Source of the DNA: Candidatus Levyibacteriota bacterium
Lineage (GTDB): Bacteria > Patescibacteriota > Microgenomatia > Levybacterales > UBA12049
DNA: 64,000 nt
Assembly (NCBI GenBank): GCA_029260965.1
Contig: JAJDCG010000001.1
Span: 312,012-376,011 of the forward strand
Direction: 5' to 3'
The position numbers and the translations under genes are program-made. Numbering within the stretch: the stretch's first letter is position 1; each line of letters begins with the position of its first letter. The notes under the pieces were generated by a model, which saw only the letters and a program-made list of their open reading frames with translations, searched no databases and had not been told where the DNA came from. This document shows positions 27,069 through 37,817 of the stretch, in pieces.

Positions 27069-28748
27069 ATGCAAAACGGTTTTTTATCAAAAAGTATTGA
27101 TCTCTTGACGCGCAAACAAAGCACGATTCTGTCTGCGGCTTTTGTAATCATGGGAACTGTGGTCTTGTCACAAGTTTTGGGTCTTGTTAAGAAAAGACTT
27201 CTTATTTCAATTTTTGGTGCATCTGTAACAACGGGTGTTTATGATGTTGCATATAAGCTTCCTGATCTTTTGTTTCAGCTGGTTGTTGCTTCAGCTTTTT
27301 CTAGTGCTTTCATACCAGTGTTTTCTGATCTTCTGAGCAGCAACAAAGAACGTCTTGCTCACAAGATGGCATCAAATATTCTGAGTTGGGGGATGGCTAT
27401 TTTCTTTGCATTGTCAGTAGTGCTTGCCGTCTTTGCGCCATTTTTCCTGCAAATTCTAAATCCAGGCGGTGGGTTTAGTCCAGCAGATATGCAATTAATG
27501 GCAAACCTGATGAGGATTATTATCTTGGGACAGTTTCTTATCGTAATAGGTACATTTTTTACGGCAATGCTTCAATCATATAATCATTTCTTTGTCCCAG
27601 GTTTTGCTCTATCGCTTTACAATCTGGGAATAATACTTGGTCTCTTGATATTTTCGCCTTTTATTGGGATATATTCGGGAGCCGTAGGTACAGTGATGGG
27701 TGCAATTTTCTTTATACTTTTTCAGTTGCCACTTGTTAAGAAGATTGGTTTTAACTTCAAGCTAAATTTTGCGTTAGGCGATTCGGGTTTGAGAACAATA
27801 ACTCATCTGATGTGGCCAAGAACTCTTGCAAACGGGGTATTCCAAATGGGAGTTATTCTCATTGTTGCGCTCGTATCTTTTTTACCTGAGAGTGGAAGAA
27901 AATATATTATTTTTGATCTGGCGCAGACTATAGCATGGGCACCAGTTGCCTTGATCGGTAATGCGATTGCTCAGGCTGCTTTTCCAGTTTTAGCACGTGA
28001 GCGGGGACAGCTTGATAAGTTCAAGTTGACTTTTATGAATAGTTTCAACCAGATGCTCTATCTGATTTTGCCAATATCTGTTCTTATATTAGTTTTGCGC
28101 ATACCGATAGTGCGGCTTGTTTTCGGAGCTCCCAAGCTTGATTGGCCCGCAACCGTGTTAACTGGTAATACATTGGCATTTTTCTCTTTTTCTATTTTTG
28201 CTCAAGGCTTGATAGCGTTAACCTATAGAGCATTTTATGCTCTTCATGACACGAAGACTCCTCTTGTCACTGGTGCAATTTCCACTCTTTTGATGCTTGG
28301 AATTGGCTTTTTCTTGATAATCGGTTTACCTCAGAGCTTTGGTATAAACACTGATGTGTCAAGCATAGCAGTAGCATATTCAGGAGCATCTATTTTCCAG
28401 CTTGTTTGGTTATTCCTTCTTTTGAATAGGGCAACAGGTGGATTTCCTGTTGCTCATCTTTTTTCTTCATGGTGGAAATTTATTGCATCTTCAACCTTAA
28501 CTGCATTCGCGCTTTATATACCCATAAAGCTTCTTGATCAGTTAGTTTTTGATACCACACTTACTGTTAATCTTTTGATACTGACTGGTATTTCGTCGAT
28601 GGCAGGTTTGTCAATCTACTTGTTTCTCTCTTGGTTTTTTGACGTTAAAGAAGCAAAAATCTATATCCTTGCGATTCGAAAAATAGGGAACTGGAAAGAA
28701 GTTGCCTCCAAGATGGAGGAAGTAATAGGGCGTCGCGATAAAGAGTAA
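27069..28748 (+). CDS. murJ: Lipid II flippase MurJ (MviN)
   Basis: 14-TM MOP-superfamily protein with the N-terminal pattern typical of MurJ (VVLSQVLGLVKKRLLISIFGAS..YDVAYKLPD). Confidence 0.85.
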   Translation: MQNGFLSKSIDLLTRKQSTILSAAFVIMGTVVLSQVLGLVKKRLLISIFGASVTTGVYDVAYKLPDLLFQLVVASAFSSAFIPVFSDLLSSNKERLAHKMASNILSWGMAIFFALSVVLAVFAPFFLQILNPGGGFSPADMQLMANLMRIIILGQFLIVIGTFFTAMLQSYNHFFVPGFALSLYNLGIILGLLIFSPFIGIYSGAVGTVMGAIFFILFQLPLVKKIGFNFKLNFALGDSGLRTITHLMWPRTLANGVFQMGVILIVALVSFLPESGRKYIIFDLAQTIAWAPVALIGNAIAQAAFPVLARERGQLDKFKLTFMNSFNQMLYLILPISVLILVLRIPIVRLVFGAPKLDWPATVLTGNTLAFFSFSIFAQGLIALTYRAFYALHDTKTPLVTGAISTLLMLGIGFFLIIGLPQSFGINTDVSSIAVAYSGASIFQLVWLFLLLNRATGGFPVAHLFSSWWKFIASSTLTAFALYIPIKLLDQLVFDTTLTVNLLILTGISSMAGLSIYLFLSWFFDVKEAKIYILAIRKIGNWKEVASKMEEVIGRRDKE

Positions 28749-28757
28749 GGGGAAAAG

Positions 28758-30733
<1,976 letters not shown>

Positions 30734-30755
30734 CTGCTTTATTTTTGCCTCCAGT

Positions 30756-30782
30756 TTATCACTCGGATAATCTGTATGCTAA
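30756..30782 (-). promoter_or_regulatory. CIRCE-like inverted repeat (HrcA operator candidate) upstream of groES
   Basis: The minus strand reads TTAGCATAC-N9-GAGTGATAA, against the consensus TTAGCACTC-N9-GAGTGCTAA (14/18 matches, correct 9-nt spacer). It lies 23-49 nt upstream of the groES ATG. Confidence 0.45.
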
Positions 30783-30870
30783 TTTTTAACACAACAACCT
30801 GTTTTTTGTCAAGGCCTTGTTGTTTTATCTTCTGCTTGACAGGCGCATTTTTCTTCTATACGATAAAATT

Positions 30871-32028
30871 ATGCATGGAAAAATAAACGGTAAGAAAGCC
30901 TTACTGATAGGTTTTATCGTGGTTTTATTAATTGGTATACCCCTTACCATATATCTATTGCAGCAGCAGCAGGATGCTCGTTCCCGCGCCCAGAAGTCCA
31001 CAAATATTAATTTCTCACCTGACTCCTCAGCCTCAAATCCTATCCAAGCAAGTGTGGGTGATGAGATCGCTCTTGATATTGTTGTTAATCCAGGTTCCAA
31101 TCTTGTTTCTTTTGTGAGACTGGAGGTTCAATACGATTCCGAGAAGCTTGCAACTGCTTCAGCGCAAGCTTTTCAGCCAGATACAACGATATTCACCGTC
31201 CAAGATGGACCGATATACTCACCGGGAAAGATAGAGGTTTCTCTTTCAGCAGGTCCTGATCCCACAAAGGCAATCCAGACAGCTACAAAAATAGCTACTG
31301 TTAACTTTAGGGCCATAGCGAATACACCAGATGGTGCACCTACTCTTGTGTCATATGGTGTGACAACTCAGGTGCTTTCAATTGGGTCAAGCGACGAGGC
31401 ATCAGAAGATGTTCTTTCGTCAACAAGTCCTGCTGCAATTGTGATAGGTGGTCCTGGTCCAACTGATCCATTGCCTACTACAGAACCAACACCTACAGTT
31501 GAACCGACACCTGAGCCGACTACCGAGCCAACTCCGACACCTGAGCCGACTGGTCCAGGCGTAACTAACGAATCACCTGTATGTAGTCAGTTAGCTGTTG
31601 ATCGCGATCCAAATGGGGCTGCTCCTTTGGCGATTACATTTACAGCGATTGGCTCAGACACAGACGGTACTGTGTCAAGTGTTACGTTTAACTTTGGTGA
31701 TGGTCAGGTGAGTGATGTGACAACAGGTGGTGGTGTAGGAACGGCATCAGTTAGTGCGCAGCTTTCACATACATATAATAGCGCTGGTACATTTCAGGCA
31801 ACAGCTGTTATGACAGATAACAACGGTGGTGTATCAGGATCAGGCTCTTGCACACAGACGGTCAGTGTTACAGGTGGCGGAGGAGCAAACCCCACAACAG
31901 TAGTTGTTAATCCAACTGGAGTACCTGTTGAATTGCCTCCAACCGGTGCGACAGAGAATGCTATAGCACTGGGTGCAATACTTATGACTTTCATTATCGG
32001 TGGAGCATTTATTTTCTTCCTTCTCTAG
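30871..32028 (+). CDS. Cell-surface protein with a Pro/Thr-rich linker and an LPxTG-like C-terminal sorting signal
   Basis: ATG at 30871 (the track start is TTG). It has a signal/TM, Ig-like-looking domains, a TEPTPTVEPTPEPT linker, then ELPPTG followed by a hydrophobic tail. Confidence 0.55.
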   Translation: MHGKINGKKALLIGFIVVLLIGIPLTIYLLQQQQDARSRAQKSTNINFSPDSSASNPIQASVGDEIALDIVVNPGSNLVSFVRLEVQYDSEKLATASAQAFQPDTTIFTVQDGPIYSPGKIEVSLSAGPDPTKAIQTATKIATVNFRAIANTPDGAPTLVSYGVTTQVLSIGSSDEASEDVLSSTSPAAIVIGGPGPTDPLPTTEPTPTVEPTPEPTTEPTPTPEPTGPGVTNESPVCSQLAVDRDPNGAAPLAITFTAIGSDTDGTVSSVTFNFGDGQVSDVTTGGGVGTASVSAQLSHTYNSAGTFQATAVMTDNNGGVSGSGSCTQTVSVTGGGGANPTTVVVNPTGVPVELPPTGATENAIALGAILMTFIIGGAFIFFLL

Positions 32029-32126
32029 GTCTTTTATCCTTCTGGTTAAAATGCGGGAATATACTGAAGTTATTTGAATTTGTGATTTTGCAAAAATTTT
32101 CTGGGTTTTCGAAGCTCTTAGTAAAC

Positions 32127-33857
32127 TTATTTCCCGTCACTGATCATGGAGAAGAGAGCGCTTTGAGATAATTGGACCTTTCCTGTTGTTACCATTTTCT
32201 TTTTGCCCTTTTTTTGTTTATCAAGAAGCTTGTTTTTGCGGGTTACGTCTCCACCATAGAGCTTGGCAGTTACGTCTTTTCTGTATGGAGATATTTCCTC
32301 TCTAGCAACAATATTCCCATTTATTACAGCTTGAATTATTTGTTTGAATTGTTGCCGATCTAGTGATTTTTTTAATTTTTCAGCCTTGGATCGCGCTACA
32401 TAAATACCTTCGTCTTTATAAACCAGTTCTGATAGGACGTCGATTGGGGTTCCATTTATTTGGATCTCAAGTTTGACCATGTTAGCTTTTTTATAGTCAG
32501 TTAGTGTGTAATCAATGCTGCCGTATCCTGCTGTAGCTGATTTGACCTCTGCAGAGAGACCACGAATAAACATAGAATAAGGCATTTCATATGAGAGCAC
32601 AGCATATGCCTCGTGATATTTGATATCGATAAGATGTCCCTTCTTGCCCTGTGCAACAGTCATTATTGACCCTACATGTTCTGCTGGTGTGAAGATCTCA
32701 ATAAACATATACGGTTCATAAATATCCTCTCCCCTGTATTCATAGAGCACCTGTGGCATGGTTAGGAGGAGGTCAAGTTCGTATTCCTTCTCAAGCCTTT
32801 CCTTGACAATGTCAGCATGCAGTAGCCCTAGGAATCCGACGCGAAATCCAGATCCGAGATAGGCAGAGTATTCCTCAGAATAGGTAAGTGAGGTGTCGTT
32901 GAGAGTGAGTTTGCCCAGTGCTTCGCGTAAGTCTACAAATTTATCGGAGTCTTTGGGATAGAGTCCAAAAAAGACCATGGATTGAGGAAGTTGATAGCCG
33001 GATAGAGGTTCTGTTTTTACGTTGGCGTGAACTATCGTGTCACCCACTCTGGCCTGTCGGATATCCTTGATAGATCCGACTATGTATCCAATCTCTCCTG
33101 TTGAAAGCTTTTCACTGCTTTTGAGAAAAGGGGTAAAGATGCCTACTTCGGTTGCATCTGCTTTGGCTTTATTTTGGAAAAACTCAATTTTTTCTCCTTT
33201 TTTTATTTCTCCGTCTACAACTCGCACATACGCAATTACACCACGATATTCATCATATACTGCATCAAAAATAAGCGCACGTAGTGGCGCATCGGGTTTT
33301 CCCTGTGGGGGAGGTATTTTTTCAACTATTTTTTCAAGAAGTTTTTCTACGTTTTCGCCTGTTTTTGCAGAAATGCTGAGTATTTCCGACTCTTCAAATC
33401 CTAGATCAACAAGCTCTTTTTTGATGAGTTTTGTTTCTGCATTGGGCATGTCAATCTTATTGAGTACAGGTATCATGGTGAGTCCGAGTTTTTTAGCAAC
33501 TTGAAAATGCGCGACAGTTTGAGCTTGTATGCCTTGTGTTGCATCAACCAGTAGCACTGCTCCTTCGCAAGCTGCTAGAGTGCGAGATACTTCATAAGAA
33601 AAATCAACATGACCTGGGGTATCTATCAGGTTTAGGATATAGGTTGTGGGATGTAGGGTGTAGTGCATCCGAACTGGTGCGAGTTTGATGGTTATTCCTC
33701 GTTGACGGCTAATGACATTTTGATCCAGAAATTGCTCTTGCAATTTATCCTTGGCAATTGTATGGGTTATCTCCAGTAGTCTGTCTGACAAGGTTGATTT
33801 TCCATGATCAACGTGTGCAATAATAGCAAAATTCCTTATAAGATCCTGATCTTTCAT
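32127..33857 (-). CDS. lepA: Elongation factor 4 (LepA)
   Basis: G-domain (AHVDHGKST, DTPGHVDF, NKID) and the LepA-specific C-terminal domain; 576 aa. Confidence 0.92.
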   Translation of the reverse strand: MKDQDLIRNFAIIAHVDHGKSTLSDRLLEITHTIAKDKLQEQFLDQNVISRQRGITIKLAPVRMHYTLHPTTYILNLIDTPGHVDFSYEVSRTLAACEGAVLLVDATQGIQAQTVAHFQVAKKLGLTMIPVLNKIDMPNAETKLIKKELVDLGFEESEILSISAKTGENVEKLLEKIVEKIPPPQGKPDAPLRALIFDAVYDEYRGVIAYVRVVDGEIKKGEKIEFFQNKAKADATEVGIFTPFLKSSEKLSTGEIGYIVGSIKDIRQARVGDTIVHANVKTEPLSGYQLPQSMVFFGLYPKDSDKFVDLREALGKLTLNDTSLTYSEEYSAYLGSGFRVGFLGLLHADIVKERLEKEYELDLLLTMPQVLYEYRGEDIYEPYMFIEIFTPAEHVGSIMTVAQGKKGHLIDIKYHEAYAVLSYEMPYSMFIRGLSAEVKSATAGYGSIDYTLTDYKKANMVKLEIQINGTPIDVLSELVYKDEGIYVARSKAEKLKKSLDRQQFKQIIQAVINGNIVAREEISPYRKDVTAKLYGGDVTRKNKLLDKQKKGKKKMVTTGKVQLSQSALFSMISDGK

Positions 33858-34129
33858 TGCATCATTTTAGCTTATTGATAAGTGTTTAGCAAAACCTCCA
33901 ATTGTAATTGACTTTTATCGTTCCCGTTTGCTACCATGAACCTCAAGAACCCGCTTTTGTGTGGTTTGGGTTGTGCTTACAGTAATTAGTACAGCTTGCA
34001 CTTTAACAAGGCATACAAGAAATTTTGGAAGAAATTATTTGTATTCTTTCAATCCGGTACAGCAGGTACGAGTGGGCAATTTGCTTGTCCTTTGGTATCT
34101 GTTGTATTGGAAAAGAAAGGAGAACTGAA

Positions 34130-34423
34130 ATGCACGAAGATAACAAGATGGAACTCTCAGAAAAGATTGCGATCCTTTGCGTTGTGCTCCTAATTATTGC
34201 AGCTTATGCATACTCCTATGCTCCCTGGCTGAGCTGGATAGCGTTGGTGCTAGTAACTGTCACGGCTATTGTGACTGGCTTACTCCTCGTAAATGACGAG
34301 CTTGGGCAGTGGCTCATGGGACTCAAACCCCAGGACTATCCTCAGTGTCCCGACTGCAAATATCGTAATTCAAAAGATGAGATGTTCTGCAATAGATGTT
34401 ACAGATCGTTTTTAAACTGGTAG
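34130..34423 (+). CDS. Small membrane protein with a C-terminal zinc-ribbon (CPDC...CNRC)
   Basis: AAAGGAG SD 7 nt upstream of ATG 34130 (the track start at 34025 is TTG). Two TM helices then a CxxC-X12-CxxC motif. Local GC is elevated (~46%). Confidence 0.45.
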   Translation: MHEDNKMELSEKIAILCVVLLIIAAYAYSYAPWLSWIALVLVTVTAIVTGLLLVNDELGQWLMGLKPQDYPQCPDCKYRNSKDEMFCNRCYRSFLNW

Positions 34424-34447
34424 GCCATCAACCAGGAGGACATGGGA

Positions 34448-34567
34448 ATGAGAAAACAACTTAAGGATCTGTCTTCGAGCGAGATTGTGCTCCTAGGGTT
34501 TCTTGCTTGTTGCGTTGTAGTAGCGGCTGCCATGGCGCTTTCAAGCATCATCGCTTCGTTCCGCTAA
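34448..34567 (+). CDS. Candidate 39-aa hydrophobic peptide (MRKQLKDLSSSEIVLLGFLACCVVVAAAMALSSIIASFR)
   Basis: AGGAGGA SD 7 nt upstream of ATG 34448; single TM; too short for the ORF track. Confidence 0.3.
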   Translation: MRKQLKDLSSSEIVLLGFLACCVVVAAAMALSSIIASFR

Positions 34568-34711
34568 GCAAAACACCAGAGTGGGAGTTGGGTGATAACA
34601 CTCAAAAGCGAAAGCTTTCCGCAATCCGGCGGGCTCCGTTGGGGACCAATAATAATTTCTCCTAGAAAGGACAGATTATCGTATACGATTTTTGGGTTTA
34701 CCGAAATGAGG

Positions 34712-34857
34712 TAGGCATACAAGATGTTGACGATAACTCGTCTTAAGATTTGGATATACCTGGAAAGAAAAGACTTCAGCAATTACGCGCTGAATTTTCT
34801 CTTCTTGGCTTTATGCCTTCTTCCGGAGTTTTCCGAATCTCATCTTGTATGCCTATT
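34712..34857. repeat. 15-bp perfect inverted repeat (TAGGCATACAAGATG) flanking a 116-nt core, with a T7 run after the 3' arm: structured ncRNA or MITE-like element
   Basis: Arms at 34712-34726 and 34843-34857 (reverse complement). A third partial copy, AGGCATACAAGA, is at 34009-34020. An internal hairpin TTCAGC-N8-GCTGAA is present, and TTTTTTT lies at 34861-34867. Confidence 0.4.
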
Positions 34858-34899
34858 TCATTTTTTTATCAATCTGGTTTGGTAAGATGGGTGAAGTAG

Positions 34900-35517
34900 T
34901 TATTTACCTCTAGGGATAGGAGGTTTGGGTGGATTTTTCATTGCACCCAAAACTTCTGCTACAAGTTTTGTGGTTTCAGTTCTGCCTTTGGGGGATGTAC
35001 CGATGTTAGATCCATTTAAACCACCAGCTGATCTTGCACGATAGCTTATAAATCCTTGCTTGCCCTCTTCATCGGTAATAACATGTGCCGTAGCAAAATT
35101 ATGTGTTTTCTCCACCTTCCTTATTACACCCTCATCCTCAAATAGTATTTCTTCTGTTCCACCTCTTTTTGATACAGATGCTGTTTTTCTATCTCTCCGA
35201 CCCGTTTCTAGATTTTGGAAGCTGCCCATAGTAGCTTCATATGTTAGTTCATCCCTTCTTAGCGTAAGGCTTGTAACCGCATGATTATTTGTTTTGTCCC
35301 ATTTAAGTTTTGCATCTCGGGTAGGAGGGTTGGACATACCTTCTGATACTAATTCTATGATTTCCTCGGCAGCTTGTAGAGCTTCATCCTCTGGGAGTTG
35401 GTCATGACCTAGCGACTCAAGTTCTGGAATAACTCCATCGCTATATTTTTCTCCTGCTTTTCTAATTGCTTGAATTAGGTTTTCTGCACCCGTAAGCGCG
35501 TGTTCCACACTTGTCAT
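34900..35517 (-). CDS. Hypothetical protein (205 aa, acidic N-terminal half, basic Pro-rich C-terminus)
   Basis: Clean ORF with no domain I can recognise. Confidence 0.45.
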   Translation of the reverse strand: MTSVEHALTGAENLIQAIRKAGEKYSDGVIPELESLGHDQLPEDEALQAAEEIIELVSEGMSNPPTRDAKLKWDKTNNHAVTSLTLRRDELTYEATMGSFQNLETGRRDRKTASVSKRGGTEEILFEDEGVIRKVEKTHNFATAHVITDEEGKQGFISYRARSAGGLNGSNIGTSPKGRTETTKLVAEVLGAMKNPPKPPIPRGK

Positions 35518-35575
35518 AATTGGTTTATATCACAGTCCAAACGTTTACGCAATAAGAAATTTCAAACTATATTTC

Positions 35576-36505
35576 TCAAGATTTATCTGAAAAATCATCT
35601 GGATTTAGTTGCGTAAAATCAATTTTGATCTGTGATTCGCTAAACAATACATCAGGTGGTATTCTTCTAATTTCCATTGGTGGTTCTTCATCCATTTCTT
35701 TTAGGGTTGCAATTTCCTCAGCAATTTTTCTTTCATGGTATTGAATTGTTTCTGGTCCTAGCTCTAAGATTACAGCTGAGACTACAGTGCTAGCAATATC
35801 AAGCATTTTGTCGCCAACATCTTTTTTGGATAATTTTAAATCCTCTAGAGCAGTTTCTACAAAAATATCAGGCCCAAAATATCTTTTATATCTTTTTTCA
35901 TAGTGACTTTGTTCAAGTCTTTTATCATCTCCAAAATTATCCCACGACACTATCATCTCAGTCATACCTGCAACTGCAAGAGCCAGATGTGATAGTTCAT
36001 AGCTTAATTTGTATCCTTTATGGGGATGATAAGGATTGGGATTTTGGAATGTGTCAAAAATATCTGCTTTTACTTCTTGAGTAAATAGGGAATCAGGACT
36101 CTCTACTATTTCCATGCTTCTACGCAAACTGTCTGCTAAATCAAGCGACCAGGAGAGTCCTCCAATGGTTACTGTTTCGACTTGATAGTGATTTCCATAT
36201 TTTTTTCTTAATCTAGCATCTTTCTCTTCTTGCAATCTCTGCTCCATTGCGTCTATTGCTTTTTCTTCAATATCGCGAACAGCCTGTGGTCTGTGAGTGG
36301 CAATAGCTAACTGCGTAGAGTATTTAACTAATTTTAATGCTTCAGGTTTTTCTTTTGTGGGATCAATTCCAGCTAGTGTAAAAGCGCGGTCAATAAATCT
36401 CTGAGGAGGAACATGTTCAAAAACACATTCAGTTTCGCTATAAAACCATTGTCTCTCTGGTTCTTTAAGGCCATCTTGATTTCGTTTGGGTACTTCTTTG
36501 CTCAT
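35576..36505 (-). CDS. Hypothetical protein (309 aa)
   Basis: Clean ORF 43 nt downstream of tsaE on the same strand; no recognisable domain. Confidence 0.5.
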   Translation of the reverse strand: MSKEVPKRNQDGLKEPERQWFYSETECVFEHVPPQRFIDRAFTLAGIDPTKEKPEALKLVKYSTQLAIATHRPQAVRDIEEKAIDAMEQRLQEEKDARLRKKYGNHYQVETVTIGGLSWSLDLADSLRRSMEIVESPDSLFTQEVKADIFDTFQNPNPYHPHKGYKLSYELSHLALAVAGMTEMIVSWDNFGDDKRLEQSHYEKRYKRYFGPDIFVETALEDLKLSKKDVGDKMLDIASTVVSAVILELGPETIQYHERKIAEEIATLKEMDEEPPMEIRRIPPDVLFSESQIKIDFTQLNPDDFSDKS

Positions 36506-36548
36506 ATGGTGGGAATTATAGCAGAACTAGGTCCATAGTTGTAGACTA

Positions 36549-36989
36549 TCAGCTTAACTCTATTTTTCTCTTATCATCTTCTAGATATTCAAAATGTATG
36601 TCAATTTTGTGCTTTGGTAAAATTTTATCAATTTTTTCAGGCCATTCAATGGCAATGATAGATTCTGGATCCTTGATGATTTCCTCTAAACCAAGACCCT
36701 GGATGTCTTTTTCAGATTCTATACGGTAGAGATCGATATGATAAAAGTGCTTGGTGCGTAGCGCGTTAGTGATAGTGGGAAGATTATATTTGCGGACTAT
36801 TATGAACGTGGGGGAAATCATGTGCTGCTTGATACCTAAACCCCGCGCCAGCCCTTGTACAAATGTTGTTTTGCCAGATCCGAGATTTCCCTCCAGGGTA
36901 ATTACGTCTCCTCCCTTGAGAGTATGGGCAATTTTTTCGCCGATTTTTTGTGTCTCTGTAAAGCTGTTTGAAAAGAAAGTTTTTGTCAT
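36549..36989 (-). CDS. tsaE: tRNA t6A37 biosynthesis ATPase TsaE (YjeE)
   Basis: Walker A GNLGSGKTTF and the YjeE-type switch region; 146 aa. Confidence 0.85.
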   Translation of the reverse strand: MTKTFFSNSFTETQKIGEKIAHTLKGGDVITLEGNLGSGKTTFVQGLARGLGIKQHMISPTFIIVRKYNLPTITNALRTKHFYHIDLYRIESEKDIQGLGLEEIIKDPESIIAIEWPEKIDKILPKHKIDIHFEYLEDDKRKIELS

Positions 36990-37002
36990 ATTGATTAAGT
37001 AA

Positions 37003-37800
37003 TTATGTATTATTTTTGATTTGACGGAAAGCTATTATAGCAGCAGATATGAAAAAAAGTGAGCCTATTATTGTGATGATAGTTGGTAGTAATTTTTTTT
37101 GACTAGTTGACTCAATTAACACTTTTTTTTCTTCATCCTGTTTTTGATCATACTCTTTTTTTGATTTTTCAAGTCTGGAGGTAGGGATGGCACTTATGTT
37201 AGCGCTTTTACTACTTGATTTTGTGGATGCTGATTTTACAGACCCAGTTGGAGTGTTGGGGGGTTCTGTAGGGGTGGGAGTTTTGGTGGGCGTGGGTGTT
37301 GGTTTTTCAGTTGGGGCTGGGCTGGGGGTAGGGGTGGGTGCGGGAGTAGCGGTTGCATTTGATGACTCCTTTGAAGGACTGGAAAAGATGATCCATGGCA
37401 TGCTTCCGTCGGATTTTCTCCCAGCAGATTGTCCATCGTTTGGTGCAGCGACATCTGTACCTTTGTCTCCGTATCCGACCAGGTCGAGAATATTATTTTC
37501 ATCAGCTATCAAAATAAGTTTGATAATATCTCCTGTTTTATTGAGTTTGGAATTCCATGAAAAAACCTTGAAGTTTCCTGCATTGATTGAACCTTCAAGA
37601 TCAAGTTTATTGCTCGTTGAATCATCTCGCAGACGGTATTTACCAAGATCAACTGAATTCGGGCCACTATTATATATCTCTATCCAGTCGTCTTCTGTTG
37701 AGGAATCAGATGAGAATTCATTAATAAAAATTGCAGCAAAAGCAGAGGTAGAACTGGAAAGAAAAAATAATAAAGCAAATAGGGCAGTTAATGCCTTCAT
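37003..37800 (-). CDS. Secreted lamin-tail-domain (LTD) protein with PT-rich linker and C-terminal TM anchor
   Basis: Signal peptide, then FINEF...DWIEIYN (the LTD hallmark), a TPTPTPSPAPTEKPTPTPT linker, and a C-terminal hydrophobic helix plus a basic tail. Confidence 0.65.
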   Translation of the reverse strand: MKALTALFALLFFLSSSTSAFAAIFINEFSSDSSTEDDWIEIYNSGPNSVDLGKYRLRDDSTSNKLDLEGSINAGNFKVFSWNSKLNKTGDIIKLILIADENNILDLVGYGDKGTDVAAPNDGQSAGRKSDGSMPWIIFSSPSKESSNATATPAPTPTPSPAPTEKPTPTPTKTPTPTEPPNTPTGSVKSASTKSSSKSANISAIPTSRLEKSKKEYDQKQDEEKKVLIESTSQKKLLPTIITIIGSLFFISAAIIAFRQIKNNT

Positions 37801-37817
37801 GAATATATTAAAGCATA

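Noticed and set aside
34564-34782. 72-aa minus-strand ORF
   Set aside because: It overlaps the inverted-repeat/ncRNA-like element, has no SD, and gives an implausible translation. It is more likely noncoding.
34570-34900. tmRNA, RNase P RNA or SRP RNA in the GC-elevated noncoding stretch
   Set aside because: On both strands I searched by eye for the tRNA-like acceptor/T-arm (GGUUCGANUCC...CCACCA) and a tag ORF ending ...ALAA, the RNase P P4 motif (AGGAAAGUCCGGGCUCC), and the SRP domain IV motif (AGGUCAGGUCCGGAAGGAAGCAGC). None are present.
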